From the NCBI RefSeq assembly GCF_009914755.1, contig NC_060929.1: 64,000 nucleotides of DNA; one strand, written 5' to 3'. The DNA comes from the human T2T-CHM13v2.0 reference genome, Homo sapiens. The notes under the pieces are model-generated. The model was not told the origin of the DNA. It was given only the letters and a program-made list of their open reading frames with translations, and made no database searches. Every line of letters begins with the position of its first letter. Position 1 is the first letter of the stretch. This document shows, one piece after another, positions 12,644 to 26,998 of the stretch. Made by a program: the position numbers and the translations under genes.

Positions 12644-14465
12644 GTATAAAATTCAGGGTGCATATAATCCTTAAAATATATAACCATTACAAAGAAAATT
12701 AGGGAAAGTTACTGAACTCATTTTATGAGTTATTTTTATAACGCTGATAGCAAAAATAAAAGAAAAAATGTGGGCTACTTTTATGTATAAACATAAAAAA
12801 ATTTAAAATCATAAATAAAATAATCATAAATCAAACCCAGGAATGCATGTAAAATAAAATATGATTAATTAGGGCTTTTCCCAAGACCATTAGAATGTTT
12901 TAAGTTTAATATTACTATTTACATTAATTAAATGAGAAAAAAGATCATCTAAAATATACAGGAAAATAATATTCAGCAACCATCAGAATTGATAAATTTC
13001 TTAACAAACTAGAAATAGTAAAGGACTTTTTAAATTGTAGCAACGTGACTACCAAAAACTAAAATGAATAATATGCATAGCATTAAACCGTTAAGGTCAT
13101 TCCCATTAAATCTAAAGTCAGAATCACCACTACCATTCAACAATGTGTATAAAGTTCTTATCTTGTGCAATAAGATCAAAAAAATAAATAAATATAAATA
13201 TATTGGCTAATTACAGAAAATATGATTGGCTACATAGAAAATAAGAGTATATAAGCTATTAAGACAAATAAGAGATTTAAGCAGTGTTTTCTAACTGTGT
13301 GATTAAAGAAATATCAACAGCAATTATCAGATCAAAAATAATTTTAAAAATAAACTCATTCAGAATAGTTACCAAATTCTTTATTGGGAAAGGGAGTACA
13401 AAGATGTATAAGACCTTATGCATAAGATCTCTTCCTCTTAAACAATCTAACCAATCAAAATTAATTTATTCAAATGAAAAAAAAATGTGAACAAGTTAAA
13501 ATGGATCTGACCATTATCCTTTGACCTTGCTAATGGAACTGGGGCTGCAGCAGCCTTTCCTTCTTGCTGTCTGATTTCGAGAATGCTTACCTCATTGATA
13601 TACGGAGTGACTTATAAACATTGTTTTCAGGTAAATAAAGCTCAGCCTCAAATTCTGGGTGCCTGGATTTGAGTTAATCTCATTGCTATAAATATGTTTA
13701 GCACTTTTAGTGAGGAGTATTGAAAGGGCCAAGAACAGAAAGCGGGCTTCACTGACAGCTCTAGTATTTCATTTAAAAACAAACTCTCCACTTTAGGCAG
13801 TGGTGATTCTTTTGTTTAAAGAACATATTGGTGAGCTTTAAACCAGTAACCCCCAACCTCCCCTATCTTTTAACTGCCTGGAATTCTTTGTCCTAATATG
13901 GTCTCAGAAATTACTTTATGATCAATAGCCAGTTAGGAGGTCCCATCAGAATGAAGTTGTCCTCCTTACCATTTCCACTTGATATAATTCCAGCCAAGAG
14001 CAGAGGGACTTCCATCTACTTAATGTGTGTGCTTTTGTTGGCTAACACGCAGTTTATGTTAGACTGGAAAAATCTCAGGATGCCCTTTTGCCCTCTGTGA
14101 GACTTTTATGGGTGTGGTAATTCTCAAGTAGGAAAAAATGGTGTTAAAACAAATTTTCCATGTGGTAATGTGCTGTTTCTTGCTTGTTTTCAAGAAAGTA
14201 CAAATGAGTTCTAAGCTAAATGTCATTAATGCAAGATCAACAGTCGTGATTCTTATGATTTATTTCCTTTACACATTTGGGGTTATTTTAAATAAATGTT
14301 GACTATGGTTGCAGCGACGACTTTCAGTTTTTCAAATGTATTGTCTTAATACTTTGAAAAAAAAGAAACCTCTTGTTATCTGTGAGAGGATCAGTAGGTA
14401 AAAACAAACTTGGGAGAAATTTGGCAATTATTCACTAAAAATGTTGTCATGTGTGTCAAGCATTA

Positions 14466-15277
<812 letters not shown>

Positions 15278-15639
15278 TGAAAAGCCTTGCCATTTTATAG
15301 TATCCAGGATTTTTTTTTCTTTTTTGGTAAATCTAGATGGAAAAGAACATCGTTTTATAAAACATAACTTAGTAACAATGAGAAACTAAGCTTTTTATTT
15401 TTCTTAATCAACCTTTAAGTACTTCCAGAAGATGTTTGAAAGTTGTGTGCTACACACGTCACGAAAACATTTCTTTGGAACAAATTTTTTAAGCAATGAT
15501 TTTACACTGGAATTTGAAGGCTGCAAAGTATGAGATGGGCCATTCTTTTCCCTAAATAATATAACCGTCCTTACTGAAAATATATTTTCTGAGTTAAGGG
15601 CTTGAGCCAAAGTTCAATTTCCAAGCTATTCCCTGTAGT

Positions 15640-15745
15640 GTCCGTGAGCTGGAGGAAAGGTCTTGGTTCGTTTTGTTTGTTGTTGTATCTCCTGTGTGAA
15701 GGTGAGTGCCCTGTGCATTACAGGTGCCAAAGAAAGACTTGTAGC
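15640..15745 (+). mobile_element. L2 3'-end fragment
   Basis: ttgtttgttgttgtatctcc...gtgccctgtgcattacaggtgccaaagaaagacttg. Confidence 0.45.
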
Positions 15746-16829
15746 ATAAAAAGCTACAAAATGCATTACTCCTCTGGCACTGGGACTGATCCATTTTTCT
15801 GTGTATTGCATGTCTTTCCATTAAGAGCTTGCATTACAAGTGAAATACAAAAAAAAAAAATCTTTTACTTTCTAACACCATTTAGAATCCTCTTTCCTCT
15901 AGCTGCTTAAACTTTCCTTTAAAACTTACTACTACTGGAATCTCCTGAGAAGTGGAGAGGCCTCCCATAATTACCTGCTAGAAAAATGGCAGGCTGGAGC
16001 GATTTTCCCCTGGCTGCTGTGGCAGCTGGTGGCAGTTTGTCCCAGGAGTTTTCAGAAGTTCAGGAGGTCTGCTGAACATCTGAGCTGTATTTGCATGTGG
16101 GCCAAGCAGGCACCGCACCATCAGGGAAGGACCTGGATCAGAAATGGAGAGGTGTGGGGTGCACTCGCAGTGGAGCCTGTAAGTACAAGGTGAGCCCAAA
16201 CTTGCATCAAACTGCCTACTTTGGCAATGGTTGAAATCAAAGGTGGGTTACAGGACAGTGATACTGGGTACCAAGGGGACCTGCTGCAAGTCACCTCTTG
16301 TACCACCCAGATCTGTTTACCACCAACATTAAGTCTTTAAAGCCGTAACTGGCTGTAAAGTCTACAAAAGGGGAGTTTATGAATATGTGGTATATGCTGC
16401 CTCTAATGGAATCCCTCAAGATATAGTTCAAATGGATGCAAGTTGCAATAACTAGCACTTAAAAATTAGAGAAGTCTTCTTAAGCCGCTTGACACACATG
16501 GCCCTCTAAAACCATAACCCTGTGGCCAACCCCTGTATCTTCTTGACATGTGACTTACTAGGGCATACAAGGCATCCAGGTCCCCTGCCTGACTAACATG
16601 GTGTCATCAGTCCAGTGGCTCAACATGACTTTCTGTACAAGATCAAGGCCATCAAGGTCATGCTCTGTATTTCTACAGAGAAGATGGATGAAAGATGGGG
16701 TCATTAAACTTGTCTAAGGTAAGTGAGTGATTATGTATGGCTGGAACTGCTCATCTTAAATGAGAATGAATTTTCATCCCCTTTACTCATGGGGATTGAA
16801 AAAAATGCAACTGTGTGACGCTTTTTCCT

Positions 16830-17070
16830 GCACAGGAAGCCAATCCAAAATGTAGTGGCTTAAAAGAACTACTTATTTAGCCTTTGGTTTTGTGGATTCC
16901 TAATTTTGGCTAAGTTTATTTGAGGGATTCTTTTTATTTGTTCGGGGCACGCTCATGCTTGGGTGATCAGTTGCTGGGTCAGCTGGGATCTGGACTGTCT
17001 AAAGTGGCCTGAGCTGGGTGCCCTTCTTGGTTTTACAATGTGTCTCATCCCATTGTAGGCTGGCTTTTCT
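16830..17070 (-). mobile_element. Old MLT1 LTR fragment
   Basis: ccaaaatgtagtggcttaaaagaactacttatttagc typical of MLT1 reverse ends. Confidence 0.6.
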
Positions 17071-17489
17071 AGTGGCGGGAGAAACTCAGGGCAGGAGACA
17101 AGAGATACTCTGTAGAAAGGAGATAAGTTGCTGCCAGACCACTAGGTACAGCAATGACCAGAAGGAAAGAGCAGGCCAAGGGATTTGAGGTGGAGCATGA
17201 AACGTGACGTGCTCAATGGCTGGAGACGGTAGTTGCTCCTAGAGCTTGAAACAGTGCTTCATCTTCAGCTACCTCAGTAGTCACAATTTCCATTTTAAAT
17301 TTTGGGAATTTTTTTGGTTCCTATTTGATTTACAGTTTTGAGAACCTCCTCATTTGAAAATAAAATTGATGAATATTAGATGACAAATATAGAAAATATA
17401 TAATGCTTTTACTTTGAAAAGTCAATAGGAAATACTAAAAATTTGTAAATATCATAAATCCTCCTATAATATGATATTGCAACACAGCA

Positions 17490-17790
17490 TGTTTGTCTTA
17501 TGAGCAGAGCCTCAATGCTGTGATGAGCAACTCCAAGTTCTCAGGAGTTTAACACAAAAGCAGTCACTTCTCATGTGCAAGTGTTCAGTTGTGATTGCCC
17601 TCAATGTGATTTAGGGTCCCACACTGCTCCCTACAGCCTCTAAGTCCTCTGTTGGGTCCTCTGCAACCTGGGAGCAGAGGAGGGAAGTGAGTGAGTAGAA
17701 AGGTACAAGGGAATTATTGTGAGTCAAGCTGGAACTGGTTTCTATCATTTCTGTACACAAAACACCAGCCAGATCTCAGACACAAGACGG
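17490..17790 (-). mobile_element. Old MLT1 (K/L-like) LTR fragment
   Basis: tgctgtgatgagcaactccaagttctcaggagtttaacacaaaag...atcatttctgtacac...gccagatctcag. Confidence 0.5.
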
Positions 17791-17799
17791 GCACAAACC

Positions 17800-18060
17800 A
17801 CTTACATAAAGTTTTAAGAGGCAAAATTAGTCTATAATCTCTGAAAACAGAACAGGAGTTACCTAAAGGAGAGAGAGAGAAGAAACTACTCAGTGAAGAT
17901 CATGAGGGGAACAACTGTTGTGCCAGAATTATTCTATTCTTAACCTGGGTGATGGGACATGGGTGTGAACACTTTGCAATAATTCACTAAGCTGCACAAT
18001 TATGCATTGTGTAATTTTTTTATATGTGTGTTACACCTCACATTTAAATTTTTAAAATAA
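17800..18060 (+). mobile_element. L1M (MD/ME-like) 3' end
   Basis: ggcaaaattagtctataat...aacctgggtgatgggacatgggtgtg...aattcactaagctgcaca. Confidence 0.75.
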
Positions 18061-18074
18061 TTTAAGTTGTGTAA

Positions 18075-18635
18075 GAAATAAAAAGATAAGCCATGGACCA
18101 GGAGCAAATATTTGAAGTCACATATCTGACAAAGGACTTGTATCCAGAATATACAAAGAACTCTCAAAACTCAACAATAAGAAAACAACCCAATTAGACA
18201 GTGAGCAAAACATGTGAACAGACACTTCACTCAAGATGATATATGGACAGGTGCAGTGGCTCCTGCCTATAATCCCAGCACTTCGGGAGGCTGAGGTGCA
18301 GGGATTCTTGAGCCCAGGAGTTCAAGACCAATCTGGATAATATGCGGAGACTCTATTTCTACCAAAAATATTATCTGAGCACGCAGCATACACCTCTGGA
18401 CCCAGCTACTCTGGAGGCTGAGGTGGGAGGATTGCTTGAGCACAGGAGGAGGCCGAGGCTGCTGTGTCACTGCACTCCAGCCTGGGCGACAGAGCAAGAC
18501 CTTGTCTCAAAAAAAAAATGATTAAAAGATGACCAATAAACAGGTGAAAAGATGTTCAACATCATTAGTCATGAAGGAAACACAAATTAAACCCATAATG
18601 AGATACCACTGCACACCTATAAGAAGAGCTAAACA
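18075..18635 (+). mobile_element. L1M ORF2 C-terminal fragment, split by an Alu
   Basis: catatctgacaaaggacttgtatccagaatatacaaagaactc; resumes aaaagatgttcaacatcattagtc...gagataccact. Confidence 0.85.
18245..18518 (+). mobile_element. AluJ with small internal deletions
   Basis: ttgagcccaggagttcaagacc and gggaggattgcttgagc (J-type features); A-tail. Confidence 0.9.
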
Positions 18636-21096
18636 CACACAAGCTGGCCTGACCTATTCTAACTTTTCAACTTTGAATGTGATGCTCAGACTTCCCTCTT
18701 TGATATGAAGAAAGAGGCTGTAACAGATATGCAGTGCACCTAATTACTTTTTCCATGCACTGAAATGTATCTTTATTTAAACCCAGCATTGCAGAGCTGT
18801 ATATTTATTTAACATTACTTTTCATGCTCACAGATTGGCTTCCAGAGAGCTGTATTTTGGCACTCACTGAAGACTGTGTTAAGAAAAACTCATTCCAGTG
18901 AAACTCACCATTTTATTTGCCATAGGGATGCTATTGGGAATTTTGTTCACTTCGCTTCTAAGGGAAAACTTCTCACAGACCTAAGTAGCCAGATTGTCAG
19001 TGCTTGTCTTGGGCAGCACCAGGAACCTGAAAGTGTCATCTGGGGCAACTGCGGCTGCGTTAGCTTGAGGACAGAGCCAGAGTGGTGGGGCAGTGGGTGG
19101 GATTGGGGATGGGAGTCCCTTGAAGAACTGTGGCACGCTGTGTGTCCTAAGCAGCCTTCCTAATGTCCAGAATCCACAATCCACAATCTCTTGAGAAGAC
19201 AGGTTGTTGATGCCTGGATGTTCACCTCCTTTAACGTGCTGCTAACTTGCTTTATCCCCATCCCGTTTTAGATGTGGAACAGCTGATGGATGTCAGACCA
19301 TTGCCTCTGTTGTCTTAACTTTTCGTATTTTTCCTATGATTCCTTCACAAATAAAATAAAGATGAAATGAAACGAAATAATAAATGCAAAAGGCATTTCC
19401 CTCTTCCCCTTACGCACTAAGAGTAGAATACCCCCTCTGACAGATAGAAACCAAACAGAAGAATGAATTTAAGAGAAGGGTAAGACAAGACTGTTTTCTC
19501 TCTCCTCCTTCAATGTCTATTTATTTTACATGCACACAAATAAACACATATCCATATTTAAATATTTCATATAAAAATTAAAAAGCCTAAATGAAAAATA
19601 TATATAAGAGCCAGTTGCTGATTGTACTATAGCAGACTCTGGAAAACATTTGGGTCAACTAATGACTTGTTTATGATGAACATTTAGATACCTCATAAAT
19701 GTAGCTTATAATTTCAATAAAGGTGGTATAATTATGTTTTCAATCTTCCTGAAAAGCTGGGCACCCACATAATGAGGCCTGTGGAGAGATAGGGATATCA
19801 GATATCTCAGTAACTAAACCTCTGCCTTACTTCCCTCTAAAAACTGAAGATATTAAATACCAGGGAGTTCACTAGGTTCTTAAGGCTCGGCAGTCAGCCT
19901 CCTTCTTTGCTCTTCATGGGGAGGGACCCAGGCATCTTGGGGCTCTGGTCTTGCCCTGCCCTTCCCACATACATCCTCCTGCTTCAGGGGGAGCTCCGGG
20001 AAGGGGGCATCCCTGGACCCAGGTCTCTCCTGGCCTAGCCCAACCCGGGTGTTCTGGGTCCAGCTGCTTGGGGATGATGATACTCAGCCCAAGGGAGCTG
20101 CCATGGTGCAGGTTCATGTGAGACACAGGACCCGAGCCCAGCCAGGCCTCCCAGGGCCTCCCTGAGATGTACACCTGGACAGCAGTCCCTGGGCTGTGCT
20201 AGGGGTCCAGTCTCCATCCAGCAAAGGAAAATGCTTCCTTTCTTTCAAATCCCATTAGGGGCTTTGGACATATAATGTCCAAAATTTTGAATGTGATGTA
20301 AGGCTAAAATGCTTGTGCCCCAGCTGGGGCCTCATACAGGTGGGAAACAGAAGGCCCAGCCCTAAGTTTCCACTGTCCTTCCTCAGCCTCCCAATTTCTT
20401 CATCTAGACCTCCAGGGTCAACTTCTTCCTTAAATGGGTTCAACTCACAATTTCTTACCTTGGCTTTAGTTCTCAATCTAAATGGTATTTCTAGCTGACT
20501 TTTATTTTTGATCTTTCTGTGGGTTTTGTGGGACCCACACCAGCAACCCAGTCCCACCCACCCTTCTATTACCAGGTGCCTTTCAGCTGGGCCCTCTTGC
20601 TGTGGGTGGAGCGCTCTCCTCCATCCTCTGTCTGCATCCTGGGGATATGGGAATGTGGTGATGTTCTCGGTGACTCCCTGATGAGCCTGTTCTCTGCTAT
20701 AGGTAGCCAAGACAATCCCAAGCCTTTTTCTCCCTACAGACTCTTGGCTGCTTCTTGGGAATCTCTTGAGCATCCTTTGCTCTGACCCTCCCTGGTGATG
20801 TGGCTGGCCCAACTCTGCCCTTGGAGTTTTGCCCCAGTTCACTGGCCCCTTTCCTGCAGAGGTACGTCTCAGCCTCTCCACAGGGATTCTTCACAACAGA
20901 CCTCTCCTGATGGAGGTGAGAGTGGGAGCGTGCCCACTCTTTCCACTTGGAGACAGCTTATCCTTTTAAACTCCCCCTTGGTTACCCACCTCCCACACCA
21001 GTCCTTAAAAAATTACTCATGGTTTGGGCTTAAGCATCCTCTGAGCAGTTTTCAGTCAGTTACATTTGAAGGAATTGTCTGGGTTTGGTAACCATC

Positions 21097-21459
21097 TGTA
21101 TTAGTTCCTTCTCACACTGCTATAAAGAAATACCCAAGACTGAGCAATATATAAAGGAAAGAGGTTTAATTGACTCACAGTTCCACATGGCTGGGGAGGC
21201 CTCAGGAAACTTACAATTATGGTGGAAAGGGAAGCAGGCACTTCTTACGTGGCAGTAGGAGAGAGAGTGTGAGCATGTGAAGGAGGAACTGTCAAACGCT
21301 TATAAAACCATCAGATCTTGTGAAAATTCACTATGAGGAGAACAGCATGAGAGAAACTACCCCCATGAGCCAATCACTTCCCACCAAGTCGCTCCCTCAA
21401 CTCTGGGGATTACAACTCAAGATGAGATTTGGGTAGGGACACAAAGCCTAACTATAACA
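21097..21459 (-). mobile_element. MaLR solo LTR, THE1C-like
   Basis: tgtattagtt...actataaca; TSD CCATC/CTATC. Confidence 0.9.
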
Positions 21460-21910
21460 CTATCTGGTAGTAGAGTTTGGAACTCCATTCAAAACATTCA
21501 CTTATACACACTAGGATTCTTCAATCTTATTAAATAGCAAATGATAAAATTTATTTTGTTTTCCTAATTTCCTCACTCTTGTGTCCTTATACTGAGATAA
21601 ATCATACCATTTTACAGACAAGCCCTTTTATTGGAGCAAGTCTACTTTTAATTCTATACATATCATGGATCAATAATGAAAATAAATTCATGAGAAAGCC
21701 AGGGGCATTGGCAAGATGGAGGCCCCTGAATGCTCCAGGGAAGTCCTAATAAAGAGGTTGGTGTCATGTTCTCCTGTATTTAAAGCTCATTTCTCACTGG
21801 CTGGAGTGGTAATAGTTACAAAAGAAAGATGATCTTCGGTGGTCTTAAACTCAATAAATAGAAACGGCAATTTTTCCAGGTAGGAAGATGCTATGAACTG
21901 AATTGTGTAC

Positions 21911-22338
21911 TGATGTGGTTTGAATATATGTTCCCCTGAGTCTCATGTCAAATTGCAATCTCTAATGCTGGAGATGGGGCCTGGTGGGAGGTAACTGGAT
22001 CGTGGGGGCAGAGCTTTCTTGCTTTCTTGAATGGTTTAGCGTCATCCCTCTTGGTACTGTCCTCATGAGAGTGAGTGGGTTCCCATGAGATCTGGTTGTT
22101 TAAAAGTGTGTGGCACCTCCCCTCCTCTTGCTCTTGTCACTCCTGCCTTGTAAGATGCCTCCTTCCTCCTTCACCTTCTGCTATAATTGGAAGATTCCTG
22201 AGGCTTCTCCAGAAGCCAAGCAGATGCCAGCACATGCTTCCTATACAGCCTGTGGAACCATGAGCCAGTTAAACTTTTATTTATAAATTACCCAGTCTCA
22301 GGTGTTTCTTTATAGCAATGCAAGAACTGACTAATACT
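21911..22338 (+). mobile_element. MSTA-like MaLR LTR, nested
   Basis: tgatgtggtttg...gactaatac; TSD TGTAC/TGTCC. Confidence 0.9.
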
Positions 22339-22404
22339 TGTCCTCTCAAGAATTCATATGTTGAAGCCCTAATGTTTAGTGTGATGATATTTGGATATGG
22401 GGTC

Positions 22405-22745
22405 TATCCTAGTCACTTTGGTCTGCTCTAACAAATGTCATAGACTGGATGGTTTAAACAACAACAACATTTATTTCTCACAGTTCTGGAGGCTGACAAG
22501 TTCAAGATCGAGTGGCTGGTGTCTGGTGTGGGCCAACTTCCTGGTTTGCAGATGGCTGTCTTCCAAGAAAAGAAAGAAAGGGGCAAGCTCTCCGATGCCT
22601 CTTATTCTAAGGGCATTGATCCCATTCATGAGGACTCTACCCTTTTGTCCTAACTACCTTCTAAAGGTCCCATTTCCAAATGCCATTACATTGGGGGTTA
22701 GGATTTCAACATACAAAGTTGAGGGCAGGAATTCAGTTCATAGCA
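22405..22745 (-). mobile_element. MLT1A-like LTR, nested in opposite orientation
   Basis: catttatttctcacagttctggaggctg...aattcagttcatagca; TSD GGGTC/GGGTT. Confidence 0.85.
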
Positions 22746-24248
22746 GGGTTTTGGGGACGTAATTAGGTTTAGATGAGGTCATGAGGGTGGGGCCCTCATT
22801 AGGGGATTAGTGCCCTTATAAGATGAGACACCAGAGAGCCTGCTTCCTGGCTCTGCCATGTGAGGACACAGTGAGAAGGCAGCTATCTGCAAGCCATCAG
22901 AACCCTGCCATATGGGAACCCTGACCTCAGACTTCCAGCCTTTAGAGCTGTTGAAAATAAATGTTGGTTGTTTAATCCACTCACTCTGTGGCATTTAGTT
23001 ATGGCAGCCTGAATTGACTAATACAAAAGATAAAGGACATTCCTTTGTTACCAGAGGCAGCCATGAAAAAGGAGTCTAGGAACTTAATGACAGACAACAG
23101 AAGAATTTTCTGCCTTCAATTTCTGCTCCCATCATGGCTGTGAAGTAAAGACTTTTTTATCTGCTAAAGGCAAAGGCAACAATATCCAGTAGGGGAATTT
23201 GAAGGGAAATTAAGTGTTTCCAAAAATAATCATTTAACAGTTTGTCATCCACATGGGTAAGTTGAAAATATCCACTTGCATCTGTACTGAATGGCAACAG
23301 AAAATGAGAGGCCATCAGGCAAAAAAGCCCACCAGAGCCAATGTTCTATGCACTCCCTGTACAAAATCATCCCAGGCACTGGACAACTCTTGGCCAATTG
23401 GAATCTGTGACTAGTCCTTTAGATTTCTCTCAAAATTTGGAGATTTAGTGGTTGGAAGGAAGCGATGATGCTGGGGACACATGCTTGCAGAAGAGGAGAA
23501 GCTTGATGGTGCTGGCCCAGGGCCTGGGAGGCTGCATTCTCTCTGTTCTGATTCCTGCTGTTGATTTTCAACTGTGCAGCAGGTCCTCTGCCCCAAGCAT
23601 AAAAATTGGCCACTGTGGAACAAAATAGATAGCAGAGAACAAAAATTCTGATGAGTCCTTTCCAAAACCACATGCAACTTGGGAATGTCCACTTTCAAAT
23701 TTTACTAGCAGTTTCTGGTAAAATTTGGAGTCCTCTTCCCTGAAGACACCACACAAGTTGTAGAATTCTCAGGAGATAGGATAGAGTTGTATGTACCTTA
23801 AAGAGACTTGTAAATCTAGTTTGTGACTTTTGACTTTTTCTGATTGATTGACAGATGGATTATAAAGGATTTTAACAAGTGTTGATGGCAGGGAACAGCA
23901 TCATGCTTCCCATGCCCTCTCCAGCCCCTTCCAGCACACGTGCTGTACATCCTACTGCAGAAGCCTGGGGACAGCACAAATCCACCTCACACCCTTTCTC
24001 TGAATGCCAGCATCGAATGATTCCATATTGCTTCTATTCTGGGTTCCCAGGAGGAAAAAGAGGCCCTGGCCTTGAATGAACTATAGAATAATTTTCTTTT
24101 TCCCCAGAGCTGAAAGAGATAGATCTTATTTGCAATGCTATGCCACTATCCCTCAAGCAGCTGGTTTCAGAATATATAATGTGTTCAATTGTGTTTTTGT
24201 TTTCTTAGAAGGAAAATGTGAAATGGGTTTTTAAATAGAGGCATATGC

Positions 24249-25312
24249 TTTTTAAAAACAGTTTTATTGAGGTATAAGTGATATACAAAAAATTGCACAT
24301 ATTTAATGAATAAAATTTAATGAGTTTGGACATCCACCTGCACCTGTGAAACCATTACCACAATCAAGGTAATAGACATGTCTGTTACTTCCAAAGAATT
24401 TCTTGTGTCCTTTTTTCTTTTTATGGTAAGAACATTCAACATGAGAGCTATGTTTTTCATGCATTTTTCAGTGCACAGTACAGTATTGTTAACTACTGAT
24501 ATGGTTCAGAACTGTGTTTGCATCAAATTTCATGTCAAATTGTAATCCCCAGTGTTGAAGGTGGGGCCTAGTGGGAGGCGACTGGGTCATGGGAGTGGAG
24601 TTCTCATGAATGGTTGAGCACCATCCTCCTTGGCCACAATAGTGAGTGAGTTTTCACAAGATGTGGTTGTTTTAAGCCTCCAGACATGCTTCCTGTACAG
24701 CCTGTGGAACAGTGAGCCTATTAAACCTCTCTTCTTTATAAATTACCCAGTCTCAGCTATTTCTTTATAGCAGTGCGAGAACAGACTAACACAACTGTAG
24801 GGACCCGTAAGTAGCAGCTCTCTAGAATTTATTTGTCTTGAATGACTGAACTTTACACCAATTGAACAACAATGTCCCCCTCCCTCAAGCCTCTGGTACT
24901 CAGTGATGGATTTGTTTCTATGAGTTTGACTATTGAAGATACCTCGTATAAGCAGAGTCACATAGCATTGATCCTTCTGTGACTAGTTTATTTTACTTAA
25001 TGTAATGTTTTTCAGATGCATCCATATTGTCATGAATGGCAGTATTTCCTTCTCTTTTAAGGTTGAAAAATATTGAACTATTATTTGTGTATACCACGTT
25101 TTGTTTGCTCATTCTTCTGTTGATGGACATTTGGGTTGATTCCACATCTTGGCTATAGTGAATAATGCAATGAGCATGGGAGTACAGGTATCTTTCTGCA
25201 ACACTGATTTCACTTCCTTTGAATATACACCCAGCATGGAATTGCTGGGTTATATGTAGCTCTCTTCTCAATTTTTTGAGAAACCTCCATACCGTTTTCC
25301 ATAGCAGCTGTG
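24249..25312 (-). mobile_element. L1MA9-like 3' region, split by an MST LTR
   Basis: cagttttattgaggtataa...cagtattgttaact|...tctatgagtttgactatt...ccgttttccatagcagctg. Confidence 0.85.
24497..24793 (+). mobile_element. MSTA/THE1D-like LTR with internal deletion
   Basis: tgatatggtt...gactaacaca; jump near 24677 relative to the copy at 21911. Confidence 0.85.
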
Positions 25313-26061
25313 TTTGATTGTCTTAAAGCCATCTTCCTTATGGTTATCTGGCCCAAGGTGATACTCACACCAGGTGAAGTGTAAAGAAAGACAACTTCTC
25401 TTTCCTGTAAGATTCTTTCTAATATTCTTGGCCTTCTGAACAATGGCTAGTGACACATCTGTGGCCTGTGTTTACAGAGTTGCTATCATCTCTGAAAATA
25501 ATTGAACTTGTGAACCTGCAGCTCAATGGGCTTCTTCAGCTCTCCCTGTCAGGATAGCATCTCCATGATCACTTCTCCAAAGCCTGCATTCTTTTGTCCC
25601 TACTTAGTGAAGACTCTGTGAAAATTTCTGAATTCCAGAGGAATGGAGAGTGCCTTGTAATATTTTTATAACACAGAAAGCAGAAGCAGCATTCATATGC
25701 ACTAAGACATATTTACAATCTCATAGGGGAAAATATGCCATTGTAAAAGACATTTATCCTTTAAGGTCAGCAGAGGAAAAGATACCGAGTCGATGTCATT
25801 ATTTTCTGTATAATGTATGCCTTGCGTAGAAAAGATAAGATACGTTCGTGATCAAAATTACAGTTTTTACATTTTTCTTCCTTGTAATTTGTAAGAATTC
25901 TTGGTAAGTAAAACTCATCCTAAGTAAGTCACTATAGGAATGTGAAATAGTGTAATTCTAAAAAGTCAACTTAGGAGAAATTTAGCTATTTTCAAATTTG
26001 GATCTCAGGTTTAAATGGTCTTTAATCACTATTTACTCTTTGCATTCTTCAAAAAACAATC

Positions 26062-26998
26062 TGTGTGTATATGTGTACGTGGTGTGTGAATGTGTGTGGC
26101 ATGTGTTCGGTATATGTGTTACGTGTATGTGTTTGTGTGTGTGTGGTGTAAGGGTGTGGTGGCGGTGTGTGAATGTGTAGTGTGTGGTGTGTTTGTAGGG
26201 TGTGTGTGTGCATGCGGTGTGTGTATGTGTGACTCAGTGTCTCGTAGTGTGTGAAGTATGTTTGTGATGTGTGTGTGTGTGAAGTGTGTGTGTGCTGTGT
26301 ATGTGGTATCTGTGATGTCTGTATGTGTGTGGTATGTGTGTACGTGGCATGTGTCTGTGTGTGTGCATGTGGTGTCGTGTGTGATGTGTGTGTGTGAAGT
26401 GTGTGTGTGCATGTGGTGTGGTGTGTGACGTGTGTGTGTGAAGTGTGTGTGTGCTGTGTATGTGGTATCTGTGATGTCTGTATGTTGTGCTCTGTGTCTA
26501 TGTGGCATGGTTTTTGTGGTGTGTGATATGTCTGTTTATGATGTGTTCGTGTATGAGCAGGTGTTGTATATGTGTGTCTGTGTCTATGTGGGGTTTATAT
26601 GGTGTGTGTGTGTATAGGGTGTGTGTCTGTGTGTGGGGTCTGTGTGTGCAGTGTGTGTGCATGTGGTGTGTGATGTGTCTGTGATATGTTAGTGTACGGG
26701 CAGGTGTTGTATATGTGTATCTGTGTAGTGTGTATGTGCCTATGTGGTGTGTATATGGTGTGTGTGTCTGTGTGTATGGGGTGTGTGGTGTGTGTCTGTG
26801 TGTATGGAGTGTGTGTGGTGTGTATGTGTCTATGTGGGGCGTGTGTGGTGTGTGTTTCTGTGTGTATAGGATGTGTGTGGCGTGTATTTGTGTGTGTAGG
26901 ATGTGTGTCTGTGTGTGATGTGTCTGTGTGTTTAGTGTGTGTGCATGTGGTATGTATGTGTATGTGTGTCTATTTGGCGCATGTGTGTGCATGTGCAC
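26062..26998. repeat. Long (TG)-rich low-complexity tract with internal higher-order repeats
   Basis: ~940 bp of interrupted TG repeats; source of the His/Thr and Val/Cys ORFs. Confidence 0.97.

Larger units (their letters stand above)
11960..13420 (+). mobile_element. Ancient L1M ORF2 fragments, interrupted by a THE1 LTR
   Basis: Degenerate RT-region phrases (aactcattttatgag, attcccattaaa, caccactaccattcaacaatgt, tacatagaaaat). Confidence 0.65.
21889..23025 (+). mobile_element. MLT1A-like LTR hosting two nested LTRs
   Basis: Three collinear pieces (21889-21910, 22339-22404, 22746-23025); TSD GAAGA/AAAGA. Confidence 0.85.

Noticed and set aside
19914-21091. Cluster of ORFs up to 208 aa in GC-richer unique sequence
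   Set aside because: Overlapping ORFs on both strands, several with non-ATG starts, no recognisable domain and no convincing exon boundaries; consistent with chance.
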